A DNA stretch of 39,438 bases from Arthrobacter sp. (lineage in GTDB: Bacteria > Actinomycetota > Actinomycetes > Actinomycetales > Micrococcaceae): positions 1 through 39,438 of the forward strand of contig JAODMV010000011.1 of NCBI GenBank assembly GCA_025464875.1, given 5' to 3'. The translations under genes and the position numbers were made by a program. Each line of letters begins with the position of its first letter. Position 1 is the first letter of the stretch. Below are positions 1 to 8,669 of the stretch, piece after piece. The notes under the pieces are model-generated. The model was not told the DNA's origin, made no database searches, and saw nothing but the letters and a program-made list of their open reading frames with translations.

Positions 1-177
1 AGATAATAATCAACCGGGGATGCAAACCGTGGGACGCCACGCCCGGGAATTTTTGGCCGGGGTGGAGGGAACTCGCGGATTAACGGGGGCGCTGAGCGCC
101 TTCGGGGGTTTTTGGTGGATTTCCGGGGAACTTCCGGTGCCGTTCCGTTCCCGCCGCAGGAAGCCGCCGGGCGGCCC

Positions 178-193
178 CGTGACGGAGATCACA
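178..193. promoter_or_regulatory. CRP/GlxR-like binding site
   Basis: CGTGA-CGGAGA-TCACA, 9/10 match to TGTGA-N6-TCACA, intergenic, just upstream of the gene at 222. Confidence 0.5.
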
Positions 194-221
194 GCCACTG
201 GAGCCGTGACAAGATGAAGCC

Positions 222-926
222 ATGAGCATTCCGGCAATCGAACTGATGACAGGGCTGCGCTCCGGCCAGTCCACCTCGCCCCGCCTCACCTGGTACGGGC
301 CGAACTCCGAGCGCGTTGAGCTCTCGGGCCGGGTGCTGGACAACTGGGTGGCCAAGACGAGCAACCTCCTGCAGGATGAACTGGACGCCGAGCCCGGAAC
401 CCGGCTGCGGCTGGACCTTCCGGCCCACTGGAAGTCAGTGATCCTTGCCCTGGCTGCCTGGCAGCTCGGCATGGAAGTGGTCTTCGACGACGCGGAGGCC
501 GAACTGCTGGCCACCGCGGACCCCGCGTCCGGCGCGGCGGTGGGCGCCTTCGACGCCGTCCTGGCGGTAGCGCTGCCTTCGCTGGCCATGCGCTGGCAAG
601 GCGAACTGCCCTCCGGCGTCGTGGATTACGCCGCTGAAGTGCGCTCCCACGGAGACGTGTTTCTGCCACACCGGGACCCTGAGGCCTCGCGGCGCGCGGT
701 GCTGACCGCCACGCGGACAGCGCACACGCACGGTGAGCTGCTGGAGCGTTTCGCCGCTGCACACGAGGACGACATGCGGCTGCTAGTGCGGGCCGGGGAC
801 GGTCTCGAAGCTGCCCTCTCGCAGTCGCTGGGCGCGTGGAAGGGGAACGGATCCGTGGTGCTGGTGCACCCCGAGGTCGAGGTGACCCAGAAACTGCTCA
901 GCGACGAACGCGTCCACGGACGCTGA
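222..926 (+). CDS. TIGR03089 family protein (actinobacterial, resembles the N-terminus of AMP-binding enzymes)
   Basis: 234 aa ORF with PRLTWY..ERVELSG..LDNWVAKTSNLL and LPAHW motifs typical of this family; candidate -10 CAAGAT 6 nt before the ATG. Confidence 0.8.
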   Translation: MSIPAIELMTGLRSGQSTSPRLTWYGPNSERVELSGRVLDNWVAKTSNLLQDELDAEPGTRLRLDLPAHWKSVILALAAWQLGMEVVFDDAEAELLATADPASGAAVGAFDAVLAVALPSLAMRWQGELPSGVVDYAAEVRSHGDVFLPHRDPEASRRAVLTATRTAHTHGELLERFAAAHEDDMRLLVRAGDGLEAALSQSLGAWKGNGSVVLVHPEVEVTQKLLSDERVHGR

Positions 927-957
927 GCCCCGCGGAGGTCCCGGGGGCCGTGCCGCG

Positions 958-1533
958 CTAGACGTGCGGGCCGGGCAGCCCGGGATCCTTGACGGACTGT
1001 TCCAGGGCCCCGGCTTCCTGCCTGGCGGAAGGCTGGCTGTGCGGAAGACGTTCGATGATCTCGTGGTCGCGGGAGAATTCCGGCTCTTCGTCGAGTTCCT
1101 TGTTGAAGACCAGGAAGCGGTAGGCGAAGAACCTCATGACCGTCGCCACCAGGATGCCGACGACGCCGGCGGCGAAGAGCATGTTCTTGTCGGTGATTCC
1201 GAAGCCGTACTTGGCGAGGGCCGTGAAACCGGTGGAGATGCCGATACCGATGCCGTTGATGAGGATGAACATCGCGAACTCGCGGGGCACATTGTCCTGG
1301 CGGCGGTGCCGGAAGGTCCAGAAACGGTTCGCGATCCAGGAGAAGACCGTGGCCACGCTGGCCCCGACGAAGCGGGCCTTGGCCTCGCTGTCCGTCATCG
1401 GGCCGTGCATCAGGAAGTACGTGAGCCCGTTGTCGATGACGAACGCGATACCCCCTACCGCGCCGAACTTGGCCAGTTCACGCCAGAACAGCGAGGCGAG
1501 TCCGCGGATGCGCTCAGTAAGTGTAGTAATCAT
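958..1533 (-). CDS. GtrA family membrane protein (polysaccharide flippase-like)
   Basis: ELAKFGAVGG and NRFWTF motifs, four hydrophobic segments; start moved to ATG 1533, which follows a GGAGG RBS. Confidence 0.85.
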   Translation of the reverse strand: MITTLTERIRGLASLFWRELAKFGAVGGIAFVIDNGLTYFLMHGPMTDSEAKARFVGASVATVFSWIANRFWTFRHRRQDNVPREFAMFILINGIGIGISTGFTALAKYGFGITDKNMLFAAGVVGILVATVMRFFAYRFLVFNKELDEEPEFSRDHEIIERLPHSQPSARQEAGALEQSVKDPGLPGPHV

Positions 1534-1737
1534 GACCCTCCGTGGCCTGCTGGAACTCTCGGCCATCGGGCCAAGGACCTATTTTAGCGCCGAATTCCGG
1601 GAGCGCCCCCGGAACGGAAGCGGCCCGGCCCCCTCAGGCTGCGATCCGAGGCTGTGACGGCCCGGCCCGAAGCCGCCCAAATCCGGCTGGCTCCGGGGCT
1701 GTGCGGGGCAAAAGCCGGGAAACCGCGTGGCTTTCGG

Positions 1738-1743
1738 TAGGCT
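1738..1743 (+). promoter_or_regulatory. -10 hexamer TAGGCT of a probably leaderless purK transcript
   Basis: TANNNT hexamer 7 nt before GTG 1751; no SD sequence. Confidence 0.55.
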
Positions 1744-1750
1744 TGTCCTT

Positions 1751-2947
1751 GTGACTTTTCCAGTAATCGGCGTTGTTGGCGGCGGCCAACTTGCCCGCAT
1801 GATGGCCCCAGCCGCCACCGCCCTCGGCTTCGAACTCCGTGTCCTGGCCGAGGCTGAAGACGTCTCTGCCGTCTCTGCCGTGGCCAATGCCCCGGTCGGT
1901 GACTACACCGATCTGGAGCATCTGCTCGAATTCTCCCGCGGCCTTGACGTGCTGACCTTCGACCATGAGCACGTCCCCACGGCGCACCTGCGCGCCCTGC
2001 TCGAGGCCGGCGTCAATGTCCATCCCGGCCCGGACGCCCTCGTCAACGCGCAGGACAAGCTCGTGATGCGCGCCGCCATCGACCGCCTCGAGCTCCCCAA
2101 CCCCCGCTGGGCCTCCGTCGCCGACGTCGCGGAACTGATCGCCTTCGGGGAGGACATCGGATGGCCGGTGGTCCTGAAGACGCCCCGCGGCGGCTACGAC
2201 GGCAAGGGTGTGCGGATCGTGTCCTCGGCCGAGGACGCCGCCGCATCATCGGACTGGTTCGACGCCATGTCCCCCCTTCTGGCCGAAGCCAAAGTGGAAT
2301 TCAGCCGGGAGCTCTCGGCCATGGTCGCCCGGACCCCGGACGGCGAATCACGGGCCTGGCCGGTGGTGCACACCATCCAGGTCGACGGCGTCTGCGACGA
2401 AGTCATCGCCCCGGCCCTGGACATCCCCGTGGAGGTGGCCGCGGCGGCGGAGAACGCCGCGATCCGGATCGCCAACGAGCTCGGCGTCACCGGCGTCATG
2501 GCTGTTGAGCTCTTCGAGACACCGGGCGTGGGCGCCGGTTTCCTGGTCAACGAGCTCGCCATGCGCCCGCACAACACCGGGCACTGGACGCAGGACGGCT
2601 CTGTCACGAGCCAGTTCGAGCAGCACCTGCGCGCCGTCCTGAACCTGCCGCTCGGCGCCACGGACCTGCTCGGCCCCGTCGTCGTGATGAAGAACTTCCT
2701 CGGCGGCGACAACCAGGACCTGTTTTCCGCCTACCCGGCAGCCCTCGCCAGCGAGCCCGCGGCCAAGGTTCACTGCTACGGCAAGTCCGTTCGGCCCGGC
2801 CGGAAGATCGGCCATGTCAACCTCGTCGGGGCTTCCGCTGCCGACGTCGACTCGGTCAGGCAACGGGCCACGACGGTGGCCGACATCATCCGGAACGGCC
2901 GGGCCCAGACCGGCGCCGCGCCGGGAACTTTCGAGGAGACCGCATGA
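1751..2947 (+). CDS. purK: N5-carboxyaminoimidazole ribonucleotide synthase
   Basis: [30 protein letters not shown] and [10 protein letters not shown] motifs; ATGA overlap with purE. Confidence 0.96.
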   Translation: MTFPVIGVVGGGQLARMMAPAATALGFELRVLAEAEDVSAVSAVANAPVGDYTDLEHLLEFSRGLDVLTFDHEHVPTAHLRALLEAGVNVHPGPDALVNAQDKLVMRAAIDRLELPNPRWASVADVAELIAFGEDIGWPVVLKTPRGGYDGKGVRIVSSAEDAAASSDWFDAMSPLLAEAKVEFSRELSAMVARTPDGESRAWPVVHTIQVDGVCDEVIAPALDIPVEVAAAAENAAIRIANELGVTGVMAVELFETPGVGAGFLVNELAMRPHNTGHWTQDGSVTSQFEQHLRAVLNLPLGATDLLGPVVVMKNFLGGDNQDLFSAYPAALASEPAAKVHCYGKSVRPGRKIGHVNLVGASAADVDSVRQRATTVADIIRNGRAQTGAAPGTFEETA

Positions 2948-3564
2948 GCGCCAGCATTGACCCCAGCGACGCAGGAGCGCAGGGCGCCGGAACCCGGGCG
3001 GCCGGGCACAGGCCCGCAGCCCCGATCGTCGGCCTTGTCATGGGCTCGGACTCGGACTGGCCGGTGATGGAGGCCGCCGCCGAAGCCCTGGCGGAGTTCG
3101 GCATCCCGTTCGAGGCCGACGTCGTCTCGGCCCACCGCATGCCCCTTGAGATGATCAGCTACGGGCAGAGCGCGCACGAGCGCGGCCTGCGCGTCCTCAT
3201 CGCCGGCGCGGGCGGCGCCGCGCACCTTCCCGGCATGCTCGCCTCCGTTACCCCGCTGCCCGTGATCGGCGTCCCGGTGCCGCTGAAGACCCTCGACGGC
3301 ATGGACTCGCTGCTGTCCATCGTGCAGATTCCCGCCGGCGTGCCGGTCGCCACGGTCTCCATCGGCGGCGCACGCAATGCGGGCCTCCTGGCGGTGCGGA
3401 TGCTAGCCTCGGGCAGCGACGACCTGGCAGCCCGGCTGAGGTCCGCTCTCCTGGACTTTGCCCAGGAGCTCAACGATGTCGCCACCCAGAAGGGCGCGAA
3501 CCTGCGGCACAAGGTGAGCGAAGTGTTCTCCGGTGGAAGCGCCATTACCCGGGGCAGTGGTTAA
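2944..3564 (+). CDS. purE: N5-carboxyaminoimidazole ribonucleotide mutase
   Basis: [24 protein letters not shown] and PVIGVPV motifs; follows purK. Confidence 0.96.
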   Translation: MSASIDPSDAGAQGAGTRAAGHRPAAPIVGLVMGSDSDWPVMEAAAEALAEFGIPFEADVVSAHRMPLEMISYGQSAHERGLRVLIAGAGGAAHLPGMLASVTPLPVIGVPVPLKTLDGMDSLLSIVQIPAGVPVATVSIGGARNAGLLAVRMLASGSDDLAARLRSALLDFAQELNDVATQKGANLRHKVSEVFSGGSAITRGSG

Positions 3565-3574
3565 GGATCACCAT

Positions 3575-5212
3575 ATGACCAACAGTTACGCGGCCGCCCG
3601 GCAGCACACCCAGCGGCCCAGGCCGCAGTCCCGACAGGCCCCGACGGACCCGGTACGGTACCCCTCGGGCGCGCCTGCCCCGGTCCTGACCAAGCGCGCA
3701 TTCGTCCTGATCCTGATGACGCTGCTGGTGCCCGGCAGCGCCCAGACGGTCGCGGGCAGCCGCCGGCTGGGAAGGACCGCTCTCCGGGTCACCTTTACGG
3801 TCTGGACGCTGGCCCTCCTGGCGATCGTCCTCCTCCTGACGAGCCGGTCGACGCTGATCAACATCCTGACCAACCCCGTTACCTCGCTCCTGCTGGTCAT
3901 CGGACTCACGGCACTCGCCATCGGCTGGGCCGCCCTGTTCATCAACACCCTCCGGCTGATCCGGCCGGTGCTGCTCGCCCCCGGAATACGCCCCGTCGTC
4001 GTTGCCGCCCTGGTCCTGGCCATGGTCCTGGGCAGCGGCTCCCTGGGCTACGCGGCCTATCTGCTCAACGTCAGCCGCGACGCCATCGGCAACATCTTCT
4101 CCTCCGGCCCCACCATGGAACCCTCGGACGGCCGGTACAACTTCCTGATGATGGGCGGCGACGCCGGAGCGGACCGCACGGGCCGCCGGCCGGACAGCCT
4201 CTCGGTCATCAGCGTCGACGCCAAGACCGGCGACACCGCCATCATCTCGGTCCCCCGCAACCTCCAGAACGCGCAGTTCAGCGAAGACTCCCCCATGCGC
4301 TCGGTCTATCCCGACGGCTACGACTGCGGCGACGCCTGCCTGATCAACGCCATCAACACCGAAGTCACCAACGAACACCAGGACCTCTACCCCGGCGTGG
4401 CCGACCCGGGAGCGCAGGCAACGCTCGAGGCGGTATCCGGAACCCTTGGCATCAAGGTCCAGGCCTACGTGCTCGTGGACATGGAGGGCTTCGCCAAGCT
4501 CATCGACGCCATGGGCGGCATCCGGATCAAGGCCGGCGGCTGGGTCCCCATGAGCGGGGACATGGTCGATGAGGTCAACGGCATCCACGGCATGCCCCTT
4601 GGCTGGATCCCCGCCGGAGTGCATAACCTGAACGGTTACCACGCCCTCTGGTACGGCCGTTCCCGTGAGTTTGTGGACGACTACGCCCGCATCCAGCGGC
4701 AGCAGTGCGTCCAGCAGGCGATGCTGAAGCAGCTCGATCCTGCCACCCTGCTGTCCAAGTTCGAGGACATCGCGAAGGCCGGCACCAAGGTCGTTGACTC
4801 GAATGTCTCCTCCAGCCAGCTCGGCAGCTTCATGGACCTGGCCATGAAGGCCAAGGGCAAGGAGGTAAGCCGCTTGACCATCGGGCCGCCGGACTTCGAC
4901 ACCTCGTTCTCCACGGTCCCGGACTTCGATCTCATCCACGAGCGGGTGCGCCAGGTCCTGGCGGGCCCCTCCGCCGGCGCAGCCGATGACACGGTCCGGC
5001 AGCCGGGGACGGCACCCGGGCCGCTCTCCGCCGCCGGGACGGCGCCAGGCGCGCGGCCCGCACCGTCCCCAGCATCGGACTTCACCCCCGTGACCACCAC
5101 CCCCGAGGGTGAACTGATCACCGTGGAGATGCTCAACGAGTTCAAGCGCCAAGGCGACGAACAGTCGATCCGCAACCTGGTCGCCACCAACGGCCAGTGC
5201 GCGCCGGCCTAG
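3575..5212 (+). CDS. LCP (LytR-CpsA-Psr) family cell-wall polymer ligase
   Basis: N-terminal TM helices, then GGD..DR.GRRPDS, ISVPRN, INAI, ALWYGRSR and DDYARIQRQQ; ATG 3575 follows an AAGGA RBS. Confidence 0.9.
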   Translation: MTNSYAAARQHTQRPRPQSRQAPTDPVRYPSGAPAPVLTKRAFVLILMTLLVPGSAQTVAGSRRLGRTALRVTFTVWTLALLAIVLLLTSRSTLINILTNPVTSLLLVIGLTALAIGWAALFINTLRLIRPVLLAPGIRPVVVAALVLAMVLGSGSLGYAAYLLNVSRDAIGNIFSSGPTMEPSDGRYNFLMMGGDAGADRTGRRPDSLSVISVDAKTGDTAIISVPRNLQNAQFSEDSPMRSVYPDGYDCGDACLINAINTEVTNEHQDLYPGVADPGAQATLEAVSGTLGIKVQAYVLVDMEGFAKLIDAMGGIRIKAGGWVPMSGDMVDEVNGIHGMPLGWIPAGVHNLNGYHALWYGRSREFVDDYARIQRQQCVQQAMLKQLDPATLLSKFEDIAKAGTKVVDSNVSSSQLGSFMDLAMKAKGKEVSRLTIGPPDFDTSFSTVPDFDLIHERVRQVLAGPSAGAADDTVRQPGTAPGPLSAAGTAPGARPAPSPASDFTPVTTTPEGELITVEMLNEFKRQGDEQSIRNLVATNGQCAPA

Positions 5213-5267
5213 ACGAGCGCCGTCGAGTGCCAGACCAGACTTCATTCACCAGATAGGGACCACGGCA

Positions 5268-6560
5268 GTGTACGAACTCGAGAACGTCCTCCGGCCCTAC
5301 GCCTGGGGTTCCACGACCGCCATAGCCAGGCTGCTCGGCAGGCCCGCCTCCGGCGGCCCCGAGGCCGAGTTGTGGATCGGCGCCCACCCCGATTCCCCCT
5401 CCGTGGCCCTGTCCTCGGCCGGCGGACGGACGGCTGGTGCGCACGCGGCCGGAGCAGACGGGGACGGCCGCCACGCCCTCGACGAGCTGATCGCCGGGGA
5501 CCCGGAGCACTACCTGGGCCGCGAAAGCGTGGCCGGCTTCGGCCCGCGCCTGCCGTTCCTGCTCAAGGTCCTGGCCGCCGCAAGTCCGCTGTCCCTGCAG
5601 GTGCACCCGACCCTCGAACAGGCCCGGGAGGGCTTCGCCCGGGAGGAGGCCGCCGGCGTCGACCGTTCCGCGGCGGAGCGCAACTACAAGGACGACAACC
5701 ACAAGCCGGAAATGATCTTCGCGCTGACGCCCTTTGAGGCGCTGTGCGGATTCCGGCCCGCGGCTGAGTCCCGCGCTGTCTTCGAACTCCTAGCCGCGGA
5801 CTTCGAACTCGCCGGACTTGAGCTTCCCCCGCTGCTTCCCCTCCTGCTGGAGGACCTGGCGCAGCCGGACGAGCACGCCGCCCTGCGTGCTGCCTTCGAG
5901 CGGCTGATCGCCGGCGGCGAGGACGTCTCCGAGGCCACGGCCGCGATAGTCGCCGCCCTCGTCTCAGGGGCTCCGATGGCACCCCACCAGGCGGAGCTTT
6001 CCACCGTCGTCAACCTTAACGGGCAATACCCCGGTGATCCGGGCGTGCTGATCTCGCTGCTGCTGAACCGGATTTCCCTGGCCCCGGGCGAGGCGGTGTA
6101 CCTGCCGGCCGGCAATGTGCATGCCTACCTGAACGGCCTGGGCATCGAAGTCATGGCGTCCTCAGACAATGTGCTCCGCGGCGGGCTGACGCCCAAGTTC
6201 GTGGACGTGCCGGAACTGCTCAGGACCATCGCCTTCGAGGCCGTCGGCGTGCCGATGCTCCAGGCCGAAACGACGCTGCTGGGCCAGGAAGTCTTCCGTC
6301 CGCCGTTCCAGGAATTCCAGCTCCAACGCGTCGAGCTGGAGCCCGGCGCCGAGCCCGTTCCGCTGGTCCAGGCCGGTGCCGCCGTTCTTCTGGTGGTCTC
6401 CGGATCCGTCCTCCTCGACTCCCCCAAAGGTGACCTGCAGCTGGGCCGCGGCGCCAGCGCCTTCCTGCCCGCGGCCGAGGCTCCGGTCAACGTGCACGCC
6501 GTCTCCGGCGCCACCGAAACCGCCCTGGCCTTTGCCGTGACCACCGCTTTGAAGGCCTGA
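5268..6560 (+). CDS. manA: Mannose-6-phosphate isomerase class I
   Basis: YAWGS, AELWIGAHP, LPFLLKVL..PLSLQVHP, NYKDDNHKPE, HAYLNG and MASSDNVLRGGLTPK motifs. Confidence 0.96.
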   Translation: MYELENVLRPYAWGSTTAIARLLGRPASGGPEAELWIGAHPDSPSVALSSAGGRTAGAHAAGADGDGRHALDELIAGDPEHYLGRESVAGFGPRLPFLLKVLAAASPLSLQVHPTLEQAREGFAREEAAGVDRSAAERNYKDDNHKPEMIFALTPFEALCGFRPAAESRAVFELLAADFELAGLELPPLLPLLLEDLAQPDEHAALRAAFERLIAGGEDVSEATAAIVAALVSGAPMAPHQAELSTVVNLNGQYPGDPGVLISLLLNRISLAPGEAVYLPAGNVHAYLNGLGIEVMASSDNVLRGGLTPKFVDVPELLRTIAFEAVGVPMLQAETTLLGQEVFRPPFQEFQLQRVELEPGAEPVPLVQAGAAVLLVVSGSVLLDSPKGDLQLGRGASAFLPAAEAPVNVHAVSGATETALAFAVTTALKA

Positions 6561-6563
6561 ACC

Positions 6564-7511
6564 GTGGACTACTTCTTGCAGAGCCCGCACTGGGCCGACT
6601 TCCAACGCGCGCTGGGCCGGACGGTCCATGAGCAGTCGGGACCGGGCTGGAGCTTCCTGGCCGTCGAGGAAACGAACCCGGCCGGGAAGCTGCTCTACGC
6701 TCCCTACGGCCCGGTGGCCGCCTCGCTGGAGGCGTTCGACGCGGCGCTGGCGGCGCTGACGGAACTGGCCCGCGCGTGCGGGGCGGTGTTTGTCCGGATT
6801 GAGCCGGTCAGCGCCGGCTTCGGGGCTAGCGACGCGGGCGCCGCGCTGCGCCGCCGGGGCCTGCAGCCCGCACCGGTGAACCAGCAGCCCGAACTGAGCT
6901 GGATCGTGGATCTGGACCGCGACTTCAAGGACGTCCTGGCGGAGATGAAGCCGGTCAACCGCAACCTCTACCGGAATATCCATAAGAAGGGCGTGACGTT
7001 CCGCTCCAGCCAGGATCCCGCCGAGGTGGCCGTGCTCCTGGAATTCCTTCATATGACGGCAGCGCGCAACGGCTTCAAGCCCCAGAGCGATGAGTATCTG
7101 AGCCAGGTGGCCCGCTCGCTGATGCCCGCCGGCGCCGCCACGCTCTTCCTCGCCGAACTGGAGGGCAAGCCCATCGCCGCCGCCCTGGCCTACGATTCGG
7201 CGGATACCCGCACCTACGCCCACGCCGCCCTCGATGACACGCACCGGAAGCTGAGCGCCGGGATCCCCCTGCTGGTCACCTTGATCGCCGATGCCCAGGA
7301 GAAGGGCCTCCAGCACGTGGACCTCTGGGGCGTGGCGCCCGAGGGCCAGCCGGAGCACAAGTGGGCCGGATTCACCGCGTTTAAGAAGTCGTTCGGCGGC
7401 CGCGCGGTCGCGTACCCGGGAACGTGGGACCTGCCCGTGAAGAAACTGCGCTACGGAGCCTACGAACTGGCCCGCAAGCTAAGGGACACGCTCAGAGCCC
7501 TGCGCGGCTAG
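6564..7511 (+). CDS. FemABX-family peptidoglycan interpeptide-bridge aminoacyltransferase
   Basis: FLQSPHWADF, YAPYGP, FVRIEP, DLWGV and GFTAFKKSFGG..YPGTWDLP motifs. Confidence 0.85.
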   Translation: MDYFLQSPHWADFQRALGRTVHEQSGPGWSFLAVEETNPAGKLLYAPYGPVAASLEAFDAALAALTELARACGAVFVRIEPVSAGFGASDAGAALRRRGLQPAPVNQQPELSWIVDLDRDFKDVLAEMKPVNRNLYRNIHKKGVTFRSSQDPAEVAVLLEFLHMTAARNGFKPQSDEYLSQVARSLMPAGAATLFLAELEGKPIAAALAYDSADTRTYAHAALDDTHRKLSAGIPLLVTLIADAQEKGLQHVDLWGVAPEGQPEHKWAGFTAFKKSFGGRAVAYPGTWDLPVKKLRYGAYELARKLRDTLRALRG

Positions 7512-7523
7512 GCCCTATCCCCA

Positions 7524-7548
7524 CGCCCGGCGCCCGGCGCCCGGCGCC
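7524..7548. repeat. 7-bp tandem repeat (CGCCCGG) x3.5
   Basis: CGCCCGG-CGCCCGG-CGCCCGG-CGCC read directly; it abuts the left hairpin. Confidence 0.8.
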
Positions 7549-7604
7549 GAGCGGACACTTGGCGCCCCGGAATCGCGGTCTTGGGGGCCCCAAGTGTCCG
7601 CTCG
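7548..7604. repeat. REP-like palindrome, left copy (57 nt)
   Basis: Perfect 15-bp arms CGAGCGGACACTTGG (7548-7562) and CCAAGTGTCCGCTCG (7590-7604), extended inward by GCCCC/GGGGC; homologous to 8595-8651. Confidence 0.85.
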
Positions 7605-7626
7605 CGCGGTCAGGCGTGGCCCGGAC

Positions 7627-7635
7627 TGTGGAAAA
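7627..7635 (-). promoter_or_regulatory. DnaA-box-like 9-mer
   Basis: TGTGGAAAA = TTTTCCACA on the minus strand, a full match to TT(A/T)TNCACA; single copy, 36 nt before ATG 7672. Confidence 0.35.
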
Positions 7636-7671
7636 CCCGATCCGGGGGTTCCGAACCGGCGAAACTGGAGC

Positions 7672-8661
7672 ATGCCCCGCCTGCCCCTGCCGCCGGACCT
7701 CCTTGCCGGCTCCTTCACGGCCGCTGCTGCGGACGACGCGGGGCTGAGCCGGAAACGCACACGCCGGCCGGACGTCTACATCCCGTCCCGCGGGATCAGG
7801 ATCCCCGCCGGGGCTCCCGACGGCGCGGCGGCGCACCTGCGCGCCTTCACCGCCCTCGACGCCGGGTCGATCATCACACATCACTCCGGCGGCGCGGTCT
7901 GGGAGGTGAGTCTGCCGTCATGGCTGCGGCAAGACTGGCGGATCCACGTGGCCAGGGACCGCACCGGCAGCAAACCCCGGCGGCTCAACGTCGTCGGGCA
8001 CCGCCTGACCTTCCTCGCCGGCGAGGTCGTCACCGTGAACGGGCTGCGCGTCACCTCGCCGGCCCGGACCTGGCTGGATCTGGCGTCGGTGCTGAGCCCG
8101 GACGAACTGGTGGCGGCCGGCGACTCGATCGTCGTCGAACACGGCCCGGAATTTCCGGCACCGCGCGTTGCCTTGGCCTCGCTGGCTGCGTTGCAGCGGA
8201 TGGTCTCGGCGCATCCGGGCATGCGCGGAGTTCGGACCGCGCGTGCGGCGCTGGCCGATATCCGGGTGGGGGCCGATTCCCCGCAGGAGACGCAAATGCG
8301 GCTCATCCTGTGCCGGGCCGGACTGGGCGAGCCCGTCCTGAACTACGTCGTCCGCAACGGCCGGGGCGGGCCCGCCGTCTGGCCTGACGCGGCCTACCCG
8401 GAGCACCGGATCGCCTTGCAGTACGACGGCGCACACCACGGGGATCCCCGGCAGTACCGGCTCGACATCCGGCGCCAGGCGGAGACCGAACGCCTGGGCT
8501 GGCGGGAGATCAGGGTTTCGAAGGAGGACTTGGACGGAGACCGCCCGTTCCTCATCGAAAAGGTCCGCGCCGCATTGGGCCGCCAAGAACAGCGCGAACG
8601 TACAGTTGGGGCCCCGAATCGGATCGATCCGAGGCCCCAACTGTACGTTCGCGCTACCTGA
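7672..8661 (+). CDS. AbiEi-like N-terminal region plus C-terminal DUF559/Vsr-like PD-(D/E)XK endonuclease domain
   Basis: THHSGGAVW, GLRVTSPARTWLDL, ADSPQETQMRL, WPDAAYPEHRIALQYDGAHH and D.RR...ERLGWREIRV motifs; start placed at ATG 7672 because the longer ORF start lies inside the hairpin. Confidence 0.8.
   Translation: MPRLPLPPDLLAGSFTAAAADDAGLSRKRTRRPDVYIPSRGIRIPAGAPDGAAAHLRAFTALDAGSIITHHSGGAVWEVSLPSWLRQDWRIHVARDRTGSKPRRLNVVGHRLTFLAGEVVTVNGLRVTSPARTWLDLASVLSPDELVAAGDSIVVEHGPEFPAPRVALASLAALQRMVSAHPGMRGVRTARAALADIRVGADSPQETQMRLILCRAGLGEPVLNYVVRNGRGGPAVWPDAAYPEHRIALQYDGAHHGDPRQYRLDIRRQAETERLGWREIRVSKEDLDGDRPFLIEKVRAALGRQEQRERTVGAPNRIDPRPQLYVRAT
8591..8655. repeat. REP-like palindrome, right copy (57-nt core 8595-8651)
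   Basis: Perfect 23-bp arms AGCGCGAACGTACAGTTGGGGCC (8591-8613) and GGCCCCAACTGTACGTTCGCGCT (8633-8655); may also terminate glpX transcription. Confidence 0.85.
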
Positions 8662-8669
8662 CGGGGAAG

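Noticed and set aside
1-177. Possible promoter of a divergent gene left of the window (whiB-like by recalled synteny)
   Set aside because: The gene is not in the window, so it cannot be supported; the short ORFs here lack coding character.
3545-5245. Long antisense and alternative-frame ORFs (also 11067-12695, 14130-15947, 14221-16131, 31903-33678)
   Set aside because: They shadow well-supported genes and reflect stop-codon scarcity in high-GC DNA; no family motifs.
8419-8421. Gln in ALQYDG as proof of a dead nuclease
   Set aside because: Vsr-like nucleases vary at this position, and the upstream Asp and DG..H residues are intact; inactivity cannot be concluded.
8595-8651. LexA (SOS) box within the right hairpin
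   Set aside because: CGAAC and GTTCG are 47 nt apart, not 4 nt as in CGAAC-N4-GTTCG.
7548-8655. Classical IS element with terminal inverted repeats
   Set aside because: No DDE, HUH, serine or tyrosine recombinase motifs and no target-site duplication; each end is a self-contained hairpin.
7672-8661. Type IV toxin-antitoxin (AbiE) pair
   Set aside because: No AbiEii nucleotidyltransferase gene is adjacent; both neighbours are housekeeping genes.
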